NCBI GenBank assembly: GCA_012522835.1
Contig: JAAYJR010000538.1
Location: 1 to 51,963 of the forward strand
Origin: Bacteroidales bacterium
Lineage (GTDB): Bacteria; Bacteroidota; Bacteroidia; Bacteroidales; Prolixibacteraceae
Direction of reading: 5' to 3'
Length of the DNA: 51,963 nucleotides
The number at the start of each line of letters is the position of its first letter. The stretch's first letter is position 1. The position numbers were made by a program, and so were the translations under genes. Under the pieces are notes generated by a model, which was given only the letters and a program-made list of their open reading frames with translations, did not search any database and had not been told where the DNA came from. Shown here piece after piece: positions 40,033-49,989 of the stretch.

Positions 40033-41616
40033 ATGACAGGCAAATCGGTTGAAACAGAAAACAGTAACCTAACCATAATGGATACCACCCTGCGCGACGG
40101 GGAGCAGACAACAGGTGTCTCATTCAGCGATGCTGAAAAGCTCACTGTGGCTAAAGTGCTCCTGGACGATGTAAGGGTTGACCGCATTGAAATCGCTTCA
40201 GCGAGGGTATCTGATGGTGAATTTAAAGGAGCCCGGAAAGTATTGCAGTGGGCTTCTGAAAAAGGATACCTCGATAAAATTGAAATATTGGGTTTTGTTG
40301 ATGGTAAAATTTCACTGCAATGGATTGCTGATGCAGGAGGTAAAGTAGTGAACCTGTTGTGCAAAGGGTCATTGAAACATGTTTCTGAACAGCTCCGGAA
40401 GACTCCCGAACAGCACCTGAATGATATTAAAAAGGTTATTCAATATGCCGAAGAGATGGGTATAACGGTAAATATATATCTTGAGGACTGGTCTAACGGA
40501 ATGAGAAATTCAAGAGAGTATGTTCATTTTATGATATCCTCCCTGAAAAAAGAAAAGGTAAACAGAATAATGCTGCCCGACACACTGGGTATACTGAACC
40601 CTGATGAAACTTATGATTTCTGCAGAGAGATGATAGAAACCTATCCCGGTGTGAAGTTCGATTACCATGCACATAATGATTATGATCTTGCTATTGCCAA
40701 TGTTTTCCATGCAATAAAAGCAGGCATACGGTGTGTTCATACAACTGTAAACGGATTAGGAGAAAGAGCAGGTAATGCCCCTCTTTCAAGTGTTATCGCC
40801 ACCATCAAAGATCACCTGAAAATGACAACGCATGTAAATGAAAGCAGGCTGAATAAAATTTCCAGGCTGGTGGAATCGTTTTCAGGGATCCGTATACCTA
40901 CTAATAAACCCCTGATCGGTGAATATGTTTTTACCCAGTGCAGCGGTATACATGCTGACGGTGATAATAAAAACAATCTCTATTTTAACGACCTGTTGCC
41001 TGAGCGATTCGGACGGATAAGAAAATATGCACTGGGAAAGACATCAGGAAAGGCAAATATAAAGAGAAACCTTCAGGAACTGGGCATAGAGCTGGATGAT
41101 GAATCATTGAAGAAAGTTACCAGGCGCATAATTGAACTGGGCGACAAAAAAGAGACTGTTACATCAGACGAACTGCCCTATATTGTTGCAGATGCCCTGC
41201 AGAATGATCTTATCGAACAGAAGATAAAGGTGGTTAACTACTCTGTTAGCCATACGATGGGATTACGCCCTGTTGCCAATGTGAGTATTGAAATCGACGG
41301 GGAACAGTATGCAGAGATCAGTGACGGTGACGGACAATACGATGCTTTTGTTAAAGCGGTCAGAAAAATATATAAAAAACTGGGTAAGTCATTCCCCTCA
41401 CTCATCGATTATGTAGTAACAATTCCACCAGGGGGAAAGACTGATGCATTGGTTGAAACTGTAATAACATGGAAAAATTCAAGGGAATTTAAAACCAAAG
41501 GCCTTGACCCTGATCAAAGTGCTGCAGCTATAAAAGCTACAATACGGATGTTGAATATTATAGAAAATGAGATTAAGCCTGGATTTTTGGAAAAAATTAT
41601 TGACAGTATTTCATAA
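40033..41616 (+). CDS. cimA: 2-isopropylmalate synthase-family paralog, probably (R)-citramalate synthase
   Basis: [11 protein letters not shown] and HAHNDYDLAIAN, with a C-terminal LeuA-dimer regulatory domain. A second paralog lying between leuD and leuB is the usual position of cimA in Bacteroidales as I recall it. Confidence 0.65.
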   Translation: MTGKSVETENSNLTIMDTTLRDGEQTTGVSFSDAEKLTVAKVLLDDVRVDRIEIASARVSDGEFKGARKVLQWASEKGYLDKIEILGFVDGKISLQWIADAGGKVVNLLCKGSLKHVSEQLRKTPEQHLNDIKKVIQYAEEMGITVNIYLEDWSNGMRNSREYVHFMISSLKKEKVNRIMLPDTLGILNPDETYDFCREMIETYPGVKFDYHAHNDYDLAIANVFHAIKAGIRCVHTTVNGLGERAGNAPLSSVIATIKDHLKMTTHVNESRLNKISRLVESFSGIRIPTNKPLIGEYVFTQCSGIHADGDNKNNLYFNDLLPERFGRIRKYALGKTSGKANIKRNLQELGIELDDESLKKVTRRIIELGDKKETVTSDELPYIVADALQNDLIEQKIKVVNYSVSHTMGLRPVANVSIEIDGEQYAEISDGDGQYDAFVKAVRKIYKKLGKSFPSLIDYVVTIPPGGKTDALVETVITWKNSREFKTKGLDPDQSAAAIKATIRMLNIIENEIKPGFLEKIIDSIS

Positions 41617-41664
41617 GAGAGGTTATTGTTTATGGCTGTTTTAAATAATATATCTAATTTTGAT

Positions 41665-41757
41665 CCGTCGGATAAAGCCGACGGCAAGGGAAAAGGCACA
41701 GATAATAGCAGCCTGTTGGTTCAAATCATTATCCATTGCCGTTCGCTTAAGCGAACG
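41665..41757 (+). other. Two GC-rich hairpins in the 230-nt cimA-leuB spacer
   Basis: CCGTCGG-ATAAAG-CCGACGG (41665-41684) and the perfect 18-nt palindrome CGTTCGCTTAAGCGAACG (41740-41757). Neither is followed by a T-tract. Confidence 0.3.
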
Positions 41758-41846
41758 AACAGCCTGATTAACTAAAAATAAAGATACCATTTTGGGCCAC
41801 ACCCATTAACAACTAATTGACAATTAATAAATAAAATTAAATTCGG

Positions 41847-42911
41847 ATGAAGCTAAAGTTAGCAATTCTTCCCGGCGACGGGATAGGGCCTGAGATAATT
41901 GAACAGGCTATGAAAGCAGTAACAGTTATCGCAGAAAAATTTAATCATGATCTAAGTTATGAATATGGATTAACCGGCGCAACTGCCATAGACCAGGTAG
42001 GTGATCCCTATCCGGATTCAACCCACAGCTTGTGCATGAACTCAGATGCAGTCCTCTTTGGTGCCATAGGTGATCCTAAGTTCGATAATAATCCAAAGGC
42101 TACTGTCAGGCCGGAACAGGGATTACTGGCTATGAGAAAAAAACTTGGTTTATATGCCAATATACGGCCAGTAACAACTTTTCAGTCATTACTGCACAAA
42201 TCACCACTTCGCCGGGAACTGATAGAGGGAGCTGACTTTTTATGCATCAGGGAACTTACCGGTGGTATCTACTTTGGTGAAAAAGGAAGAAAAGATAATG
42301 GCAATACAGCATATGACACTAACACATACACCCGTGAAGAGATAGTACGTATCCTGAAACTGGCTTATGAATTTGCCGGTAAACGCCGGAAAAAACTAAC
42401 AGTAGTCGACAAAGCCAATGTCCTTGAAAGCTCACGGCTCTGGCGCGAAGTAGCACAGGAAATGGCGGTAAATTACCCGGATATAAAAACTGAGTATATG
42501 TTTGTCGACAATGCTGCAATGCAGATAATACAATGGCCCAGGAACTTCGATGTAATGGTAACTGAAAATATGTTTGGGGATATTCTTACAGACGAAGCAA
42601 GTGTCATTACAGGGTCACTCGGGTTACTGCCATCAGCTTCTATAGGAATTCATACATCGGTCTTTGAACCTATCCACGGCTCCTATCCGCAGGCTGCCGG
42701 AAAAGATATAGCCAATCCTGTAGCAACTATATTATCTGCAGCAATGATGTTTGAATATGCCTTTAACCTTCAGGAGGAAGCTAAAGCAATCCGCGATGCT
42801 GTAACCGCATCTATGGAACAGGGATTTGTTACCGAAGATATAGCTGACGGACAGGCATATAAAACATCAGAGGCAGGAAACTGGATTGCTGATTATATTG
42901 AAAAACATTAA
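41847..42911 (+). CDS. leuB: 3-isopropylmalate dehydrogenase
   Basis: [11 protein letters not shown]-terminus, [12 protein letters not shown] and [10 protein letters not shown] motifs. Confidence 0.95.
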   Translation: MKLKLAILPGDGIGPEIIEQAMKAVTVIAEKFNHDLSYEYGLTGATAIDQVGDPYPDSTHSLCMNSDAVLFGAIGDPKFDNNPKATVRPEQGLLAMRKKLGLYANIRPVTTFQSLLHKSPLRRELIEGADFLCIRELTGGIYFGEKGRKDNGNTAYDTNTYTREEIVRILKLAYEFAGKRRKKLTVVDKANVLESSRLWREVAQEMAVNYPDIKTEYMFVDNAAMQIIQWPRNFDVMVTENMFGDILTDEASVITGSLGLLPSASIGIHTSVFEPIHGSYPQAAGKDIANPVATILSAAMMFEYAFNLQEEAKAIRDAVTASMEQGFVTEDIADGQAYKTSEAGNWIADYIEKH

Positions 42912-44221
42912 AACAGGTAGTTGAGCCCTATATATAGACCTGAATCACCGTCACGCTTATCAGCAGCCATTCCATAGTCTACTGCAACTATGAAGTTTTG
43001 GTTCATCACTATTCGTATGCCGGCGCCGTAAGAATAATGCATTTTTTCGGCGCCTTCGTCAAAATAGGCCTCTTCCTGAGGTAAAAATGCCGTTTTGGGA
43101 TCAACATCTATCTTTTTGGTCACCTGCCCAAAATCTAGAAATCCGTTTAATCCCAGATAAAAATTATTATTTATAAACCGGAAACGGGCAAATTTCCACC
43201 GTGCTTCAGCATTACCATAAAAAATCCCATCGCCGACAATTCTGTTCCTCCGTATTCCCCGAAGCGAGATAGCGCCTCCCAGTCCTTCGGAAAAATATCT
43301 CTTCATAACCGAAGTTATCAGCTGAGTCTGATAATAAAAAGGGACATGGCCTCCTATGGTAGATTGATATCCTAACCGGTAAACGAATGATAAGTCATCC
43401 GGCACGATTGTAAAATATTGTCTGTGAGTAAGGCTCAACTTTGCAAATGAACTTTCACTTCCCAAGAAATCAGGAGCTCCCAATATTACAGCTTCAGTCC
43501 ATAAACCCTTCATGGGATTCGGCTTGTTGTCACGACTGTCATAAACCAGTCCTGCTTTAAATGTCGGAACGAAGCCACCATCTGCCTCCTCTTCAGAAAT
43601 AATTCCCCAGTCCTGATATTTCTTATACAAACCGTCTATTTCAGGGAGCAGTTCATCTCCCTCTTTCCCTTTGTTGAGTTTGTCGAGATTGACCTCTCCT
43701 ATCTTGAAATTTAAAAGATTGAAACCTGCCACCCATCGCAAATGTTCACCCGAAAATTTTCCCTGCAGGTCCAATTTGAACCGGAACATCTTACGGTCGT
43801 ATTTGTAATACATCCGGCTTAAATAGGCCGGACTCTGATCATCAAAAAAATCAGGGTTAACATAGGCATCAAAACCATTAAACCCATAAAAATCCTATGC
43901 TATGTCAGAAAGGTAACTAATATCGACCGATGTCTGCAATCCCCTGATCAGCCGGTCTGAATCATAATAAAACCTGTTAATACCGCTGCCTTTGGTAAAC
44001 CTTGACACCTCAAAGTAGAGTGAATGGTTGTAAGATGGATACCTGCTGCCATCGCCATAATTATAGAGATTAATCAGGGCTCCGTACTGAAACCCGAGGT
44101 CAGTATCGAATGCAACCGAGGGAAGTGCACCAAAATTCCAGCCCGTTTTAGTCAGCTCTTCCTGGGAATTTGCTTTTATGATAAATATCAAAAAGAGTAA
44201 GGAGAGATAAAATTTCTTCAT
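42908..44221 (-). pseudogene. Omp85/BamA-family (bacterial surface antigen) beta-barrel outer-membrane protein without POTRA domains, interrupted by one in-frame TAG
   Basis: ORFs 43895..44221 (signal peptide MKKFYLSLLFLIFIIKANSQ) and 42908..43813 are in the same frame (408 nt apart). The 27 codons between them (DFYGFNGFDAYVNPDFFDDQSPAYLSR) contain no stop, so the only break is the TAG at 43895-43897. C-terminus GLNYLF and LGGAISLRGIRRNR are typical of Omp85 barrels. Confidence 0.7.
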
Positions 44222-44462
44222 TCTGTAAGATTAAATAAGCGAATATAGAAAAAAATACAATGTCATTACACTATCTAAAACGAGTATAAAAAATTTCAAT
44301 CCAATTAATTATATTTTTAATAATATCCAGGCTGCTCTTACCCATGATCCATCTGTTATAATTAAAATTTAATAAATATCATCAGTTTAAATCAAGGATT
44401 TATTTATTAATTTGTAATTTTAAAAGCTTATCATAAGTAATTAATATCAAAAGTTATATAAA

Positions 44463-45932
44463 ATGAAGACAGACAGGAGAAGATTTTTTCAGATTGCCGG
44501 AGCAGCCGGGGCCGGTTTAATGACATCAGGATTGTCATCATGCAAACAACAAACTTCATCGGTTCAGGATACCTCAAATCTTGCTGACATCAAAGAAGCA
44601 GTGATGACTGCGCACCCTCAAAAATTCAATATGAGCGGATATGCAGCGCCTAAGATTGATGTAGTGAGGATAGGATTCATCGGACTGGGCAACAGGGGCC
44701 CGGGAGCAGTCGAACGCATGTCAAATATTGAAGGAGTTGAAATAAAAGCTCTGTGTGATAAAGACATGGAACGTATTGCAAGAGGACAAAAAATACTTGC
44801 CAAACACGGATTGCCTGCTGCAAAAGAGTATGGCGGCACTGAAGATGCCTGGAAAGAGATGTGCGAAAGTCCTGATATAGACCTGGTTTATATCTGCACA
44901 CCATGGAGTCTTCATACTCCAATGGCTGTATATGCAATGGAGTGCGGCAAACATGCTGCCTCAGAAGTTCCTGCAGCCCTCACAGTAGATGAGTCATGGC
45001 AGTTGGTAGAAGCTTCCGAGAAAAACAAAAAACACTGCATGATGCTCGAAAACTGTTGCTACGACTTCTTCGAACTTCTCACACTAAACATGGCGCGGCA
45101 GGGATTCTTCGGTGAAGTGTTACATGCCGAAGGTGCATATATCCATGATCTGCTCAATCCGAATTTTGAAAAAGGACAATACTCAGATATGTGGAGGCTG
45201 AAAGAGAGCCAGAAGAGAAACGGTAATCTCTATCCTACTCACGGACTGGGACCAGTATGCCAGATTTTGAATATTAACAGGGGCGATAAGATGGATTATC
45301 TTACATCTATGTCGACCAAAGATTTTCAGATGGGGCCAATGGCCGCCAAACTGGCCGAAAGTGATCCATTTTACGAAGAATTCATTTCTGACAAATACCG
45401 TGGCAATATGAACACTTCCCTGGTTCGCACTAATAAAGGAAAAACTATCATGATCCAGCACGATGTTACAACCCCACGCCCATACTCCAGAATACACCTG
45501 GTAAGCGGCACTGAAGGAGTTGCTCAAAAATATCCACTGCCGGGAAGGATTGCCAAAGGCCACAGCTGGTTTGACCAGGATGAGATGGAAGTTCTTGAAG
45601 AACAATATACTCCAAAAATTGTGAAGCTTGTCGGCGAGATGGCTAAAAAGGTTGGCGGTCATGGTGGCATGGACTTCCTTATGGACTGGAGGCTAATTGA
45701 CTGTCTGAGAAATGGTATTGAACTTGACCAGGATGTTTATGATGCTGCATTGTGGAGCGTAATAGGCCCCTTAAGTGAATGGTCAGTTGCAAACCGTTCT
45801 AATTCTATTGATGTGCCTGACTTCACAAACGGTTCATGGGAAACAAATAAACCTGTGGATATAACCCTGTCAAAAGGAGCAACCACAACTGTACGTGAAA
45901 CAGTTAAGGCAGAAAGCCAGTTAAATATTTAA
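44463..45932 (+). CDS. Tat-secreted Gfo/Idh/MocA-fold enzyme, GH109-like (NAD-dependent alpha-N-acetylgalactosaminidase family)
   Basis: Twin-arginine signal DRRRFFQIAGAAGAGLM. Rossmann RIGFIGLGNRG. ICTPWSLH...ASEVPAA...MLENCCYD blocks resemble GH109 as I recall the family. Confidence 0.65.
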   Translation: MKTDRRRFFQIAGAAGAGLMTSGLSSCKQQTSSVQDTSNLADIKEAVMTAHPQKFNMSGYAAPKIDVVRIGFIGLGNRGPGAVERMSNIEGVEIKALCDKDMERIARGQKILAKHGLPAAKEYGGTEDAWKEMCESPDIDLVYICTPWSLHTPMAVYAMECGKHAASEVPAALTVDESWQLVEASEKNKKHCMMLENCCYDFFELLTLNMARQGFFGEVLHAEGAYIHDLLNPNFEKGQYSDMWRLKESQKRNGNLYPTHGLGPVCQILNINRGDKMDYLTSMSTKDFQMGPMAAKLAESDPFYEEFISDKYRGNMNTSLVRTNKGKTIMIQHDVTTPRPYSRIHLVSGTEGVAQKYPLPGRIAKGHSWFDQDEMEVLEEQYTPKIVKLVGEMAKKVGGHGGMDFLMDWRLIDCLRNGIELDQDVYDAALWSVIGPLSEWSVANRSNSIDVPDFTNGSWETNKPVDITLSKGATTTVRETVKAESQLNI

Positions 45933-46015
45933 CTTTTTTTCAGCCGTGGCTCTTTTCAGGAATTCAGGGTAATAACCCTGGTTGATTATTATTTTATTAA
46001 TTAAATTATATACAA

Positions 46016-47491
46016 ATGAAGACTTCAAAGGTTGTCCTGGTATTTTTGTTGTCTGCCATAATATTATTTACCGGCAATGTTTATGCAGACGTAACTCTCC
46101 CTAAGATTTTCAGTTCCAATATGGTTTTACAAAAGGGAATTGATATTCCCATTTGGGGTTGGGCTGATAAAAGAGAAAGGGTTACTGTGGTCTTTAATGA
46201 TAAAGTCGTTAAAACCAGGGCAGACAAAGAGGGTAAATGGATTGTCAAATTACCGCCGTCTGAATATGGCGGGCCTCATAAATTGGTTGTCAAAGGCAAA
46301 AACATAATTGAGCTGAATAATGTTATGATTGGTGAGGTCTGGGTATGCTCCGGACAGTCAAATATGCAGTGGAGAGTTGAACAAAGCAATAACGCAAAAG
46401 AAGAAATAGTTGCTGCTGATCTCCCGGGAATACGTCTTTTTTCAGTACCAAGAAAAGTTGCCCAATTTCCCCAGGAGGATATAACTGATGGAGAATGGTT
46501 GGAGTGTTCCCCGGAAACCGTACCTGGTTTTTCTGCTGTTGCATTCTTCTTCGGACGGGAATTGCATAGAGATCTGAATGTACCGGTTGGATTGATTCAT
46601 ACATCATGGGGAGGTACAGTAGCTGAAACCTGGGCAAGCGCCGAAACAATCAAAGAAGATCCCGATTTCAGAGATAAGCTTGCCGAACTTCAGCAGATGG
46701 ACCTTGATAATTCTGATAAACCCAATCCTGAAAAAATTAATGAGATACTCAAACCAAACTCATACCCTACCCTTCTGTTCAATGCAATGTTAAATCCGAT
46801 TATTCCATACGGTATTAAGGGTGCTATCTGGTACCAGGGTGAATCAAACGCCAGCCGTGCAAAGCAGTATCAAAGAATTTTCCCAAATATGATCAAAGAC
46901 TGGAGGATGCACTGGCAACAGGGAGAATTCCCTTTTCTGTTCGTTTCCCTGGCTAACTACAGACAGCCGGTAACAGAACCTTCTGAAAGCGAATGGGCAG
47001 AACTGCGCGAAGCACAGACTAAAACGCTGGAACTGACAAATACAGGAATGGCAATGGCTATCGACATAGGCGAAGCCAATGATATTCATCCAAAAAACAA
47101 GCAGGATGTTGGCAAACGGCTTGCCCTGAATGCCCTTAAAATCGGGTACGGCAAAGACATAGTTCATTCAGGTCCATTGTTTAGCTCAGTTGAGTTTAAA
47201 AATGGGAAAGCATATATAACCTTCAGGGAAACGGGCACAGGACTGACTGTTAAAGATAAATATGGTTACCTGAAAGGATTTACAATTGCCGGAAGCGATA
47301 AAAAATTTCATTGGGCTAAATCAGATATCGTAGATGATAAAACGATAGTTGTATATTCAGAAAAAGTAAAACACCCGATGTCAGTAAGATATGGCTGGGC
47401 TGATAATCCTGATGATGTCAATCTTTACAATAAAGAAGGGCTTCCTGCAAATCCGTTCCGTACAGACAACTGGCCGGGTATTACAAAATAG
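46016..47491 (+). CDS. Sialate O-acetylesterase (SASA/SGNH-type carbohydrate esterase)
   Basis: Signal peptide. GEVWVCSGQSNMQW catalytic GQSNM motif, IWYQGESN, and DIHPKNKQDVGKRLA. Confidence 0.8.
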   Translation: MKTSKVVLVFLLSAIILFTGNVYADVTLPKIFSSNMVLQKGIDIPIWGWADKRERVTVVFNDKVVKTRADKEGKWIVKLPPSEYGGPHKLVVKGKNIIELNNVMIGEVWVCSGQSNMQWRVEQSNNAKEEIVAADLPGIRLFSVPRKVAQFPQEDITDGEWLECSPETVPGFSAVAFFFGRELHRDLNVPVGLIHTSWGGTVAETWASAETIKEDPDFRDKLAELQQMDLDNSDKPNPEKINEILKPNSYPTLLFNAMLNPIIPYGIKGAIWYQGESNASRAKQYQRIFPNMIKDWRMHWQQGEFPFLFVSLANYRQPVTEPSESEWAELREAQTKTLELTNTGMAMAIDIGEANDIHPKNKQDVGKRLALNALKIGYGKDIVHSGPLFSSVEFKNGKAYITFRETGTGLTVKDKYGYLKGFTIAGSDKKFHWAKSDIVDDKTIVVYSEKVKHPMSVRYGWADNPDDVNLYNKEGLPANPFRTDNWPGITK

Positions 47492-47548
47492 CACAGCCCC
47501 CTCACACAATTAATTAATCAAAATAAAGTTAATTAAAAATTGTATAGT

Positions 47549-47556
47549 TAGTTTTG
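47549..47556 (+). promoter_or_regulatory. Candidate -7 promoter box (TAnnTTTG) abutting the receptor start codon
   Basis: TAGTTTTG ends 6 nt before the ATG at 47562. Confidence 0.25.
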
Positions 47557-47561
47557 TGCTG

Positions 47562-49973
47562 ATGAAGAGATTTATTGCCTTATACATACTTATTTCACTG
47601 TTAAATTTCTCACTCTACTCCCAGAGTAATAATGCTACACTCAGAGGTATTGTCAGGGATCAGGCGGGCAATCCTGTAGACCTGGTTAATATAGGCTTAC
47701 AGAATTACTCCATTGGCACCAGCTCAAACAGGGATGGTAAGTTCCTGCTTCGTATTCCTGCAGGTAAAGAGATAATCATCATTTTCCGGTCACTTGGTTA
47801 TGAGACAGTATCAGATACTGTCAATGCTGCCAGTGAAGAAGATATACTGCTTGAAGTAACCATGAAAACAGCAGACATCCATCTGTCTGAAATTACAGTC
47901 ACTGAAATACAAAAAAATTCAGGTAATGTAAAACGTATAGATCCTAAATTTTTAAATGTATTACCCGATGCTGCCTCCGGAGGAGTCGAGACACTGATAA
48001 AAACGCTTCCGGGGGTATCCTCCAATAATGAGCTTAGCTCACAATATACAGTCCGCGGTGGTAATTTCGATGAAAATATGGTTTATGTAAATGATATTGA
48101 GATTTACAGGCCTTTTCTGGTAAGAGCAGGACAACAGGAGGGATTGAGCTTCATTAACAGCGATCTTGTATCGACAATTGATTTTTCTGCAGGTGGATTT
48201 GATGCAAGGTATGGTGATAAGATGTCGTCAGTTCTGGATATAAAATACAGAAGGCCCAGTGTTTTCAGGGGATCGGCCTCAATGAGCCTGCTCGGGGCAA
48301 CTGCTCATTTCGAAGATGTGGCATTGAAGGGGAAGCTGGCACATATTACCGGAATTCGTTATAAAACAAACAGATATATGCTGGGCGGATTGGATGAGAA
48401 GGGGGAATACAATCCTAATTTTATTGATATTCAAACATATATAACCTACCGGCTTTCAGATAAATTTGACGTTTCTTTTCTGGGTAATATTGCCCGGAAC
48501 AAATATCAGTTTGTACCTCAAACCCGTTCAACAACTTTTGGAACATGGGACACGCCCATGAATACAACGATCTATTTTAACGGCCAGGAGGTTGACAATT
48601 TTAAAACTACCCTTGGTGCTCTGTCTGCTAACTATCACCCGAATATTGACCTGAACCTTAAATTCATAGCGTCAGCATTTATAACCACTGAACAAGAGAC
48701 CTATGATATCATGGGACAATATTACCTGAATCAGCTTGAACGGGATATGTCGACCGAAGAATTCGGAGACAGTATTCTTAACCTTGGTGTCGGAACATTT
48801 TTAAACCATGCAAGAAACCATCTTGAGGCAACAGTATACAATTTTTCTCACAGAGGCGCTTTCAATTCAGAAAACCACCTTGTTAACTGGGGATTCAAAT
48901 TACAGCACGAGTCAATCGAAGATAAAATAAACGAATGGGTTTACCGCGATTCTACTGGCTATTCCATCCCTTACTCCGACTCTGAAGTGCTTCTGTATTA
49001 TACCCTGAAAAGCAAAAATCAAATAAACTCAAACCGTATAACAGGCTTTATCCAGGATACCTGGAGTTTACCCGTAAGTACCGGTAGTTTTTATGCGACA
49101 GGGGGAATCCGGTTTAATTACTGGGATTTCAATGATGAACTTCTGGTAAGTCCAAGGATATCATTTAGTTACTTTCCCGAATGGAAAGAAAAAATTTCCT
49201 TCAGCCTTTCTGGTGGCATGTACCACCAGTCTCCATTTTTCAAAGAGTTAAAAAAGCGTGACGGCACTATAAACTACGACATTCAAGCCCAGCGCTCGTA
49301 CCAGGTAGTTTTGGGAAGCGACTATATCCTGACAGCATGGAACAGGCCGTTCCGGTTTACTGCTGAAGCATATTATAAATGGATGAACCACCTGATACCT
49401 TATAATATTGACAATGTGAGAATCCGTTATATTTCCGAACAGGAAGCTGCCGGTTATGCAGCCGGGATTGACCTTAACATTAATGGTGAATTTGTAAGTG
49501 GCGTACAATCATGGGCCAGCCTCTCACTAATGCAGACTAAAGAGGATATCAAGGGCGACGGATATGGATATATCCCCCGCCCTACCGACCAGTGGTTGAA
49601 TTTCAGCCTTTTCTTTCAGGATTATTTTCCGGGCAACCCCTCATACAAAATGCAGCTTTCAGGATTTTACGGGTCACGGCTTCCCACAGGACCTCCCTAT
49701 TCAGAAAGATACCAGAATGTTTTCAGAATGCCCTCTTACCGGCGAATCGACCTTGGTTTATCAAAAATAATTATAAGTCCTGCCAATAAATCAGATCTCA
49801 GGCTTGCACGACATATTAATGATATGTGGCTCAGCCTGGAAGTTTTTAACTTGCTAAATATCAACAATACAATCTCGTATTTTTGGGTATCAAGTATTTA
49901 TGGTGACCAGTTTGCAGTACCCAACTATCTGACTAACAGAAAATTGAATCTTAAATTAACTATTAAATTTTAG
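47562..49973 (+). CDS. TonB-dependent receptor with an N-terminal carboxypeptidase-regulatory-like domain
   Basis: ATLRGIVRDQAGNPVDLVNIGL (CarboxypepD_reg). Plug VRGGNFDENMVYVNDIEIY. C-terminal barrel ends in KLTIKF. The track start at 47556 is a GTG; I prefer the ATG at 47562. No SusD-like gene follows. Confidence 0.8.
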   Translation: MKRFIALYILISLLNFSLYSQSNNATLRGIVRDQAGNPVDLVNIGLQNYSIGTSSNRDGKFLLRIPAGKEIIIIFRSLGYETVSDTVNAASEEDILLEVTMKTADIHLSEITVTEIQKNSGNVKRIDPKFLNVLPDAASGGVETLIKTLPGVSSNNELSSQYTVRGGNFDENMVYVNDIEIYRPFLVRAGQQEGLSFINSDLVSTIDFSAGGFDARYGDKMSSVLDIKYRRPSVFRGSASMSLLGATAHFEDVALKGKLAHITGIRYKTNRYMLGGLDEKGEYNPNFIDIQTYITYRLSDKFDVSFLGNIARNKYQFVPQTRSTTFGTWDTPMNTTIYFNGQEVDNFKTTLGALSANYHPNIDLNLKFIASAFITTEQETYDIMGQYYLNQLERDMSTEEFGDSILNLGVGTFLNHARNHLEATVYNFSHRGAFNSENHLVNWGFKLQHESIEDKINEWVYRDSTGYSIPYSDSEVLLYYTLKSKNQINSNRITGFIQDTWSLPVSTGSFYATGGIRFNYWDFNDELLVSPRISFSYFPEWKEKISFSLSGGMYHQSPFFKELKKRDGTINYDIQAQRSYQVVLGSDYILTAWNRPFRFTAEAYYKWMNHLIPYNIDNVRIRYISEQEAAGYAAGIDLNINGEFVSGVQSWASLSLMQTKEDIKGDGYGYIPRPTDQWLNFSLFFQDYFPGNPSYKMQLSGFYGSRLPTGPPYSERYQNVFRMPSYRRIDLGLSKIIISPANKSDLRLARHINDMWLSLEVFNLLNINNTISYFWVSSIYGDQFAVPNYLTNRKLNLKLTIKF

Positions 49974-49989
49974 CAGTCTGAAAAATGCC

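Noticed and set aside
40033-41616. The second leuA-like gene as a redundant duplicate or decaying paralog.
   Set aside because: It is full length, with intact catalytic motifs (TLRDGEQ, HxH) and a regulatory domain. Its position between leuD and leuB fits citramalate synthase (cimA) of the isoleucine branch.
41514-41699. A 61-aa minus-strand ORF reaching into the cimA-leuB spacer.
   Set aside because: Two-thirds of it overlaps the cimA 3' end in antisense. It has no plausible promoter or motif. The hairpins are the notable content of the spacer.
43895-43897. The in-frame TAG as evidence of stop-codon reassignment (an alternative genetic code).
   Set aside because: TAG serves as the genuine terminator of well-defined genes in the same window, such as ligA at 19089-19091, the MFS transporter at 19044-19046 and the lipoprotein at 3993-3995. 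No other gene shows internal TAGs.
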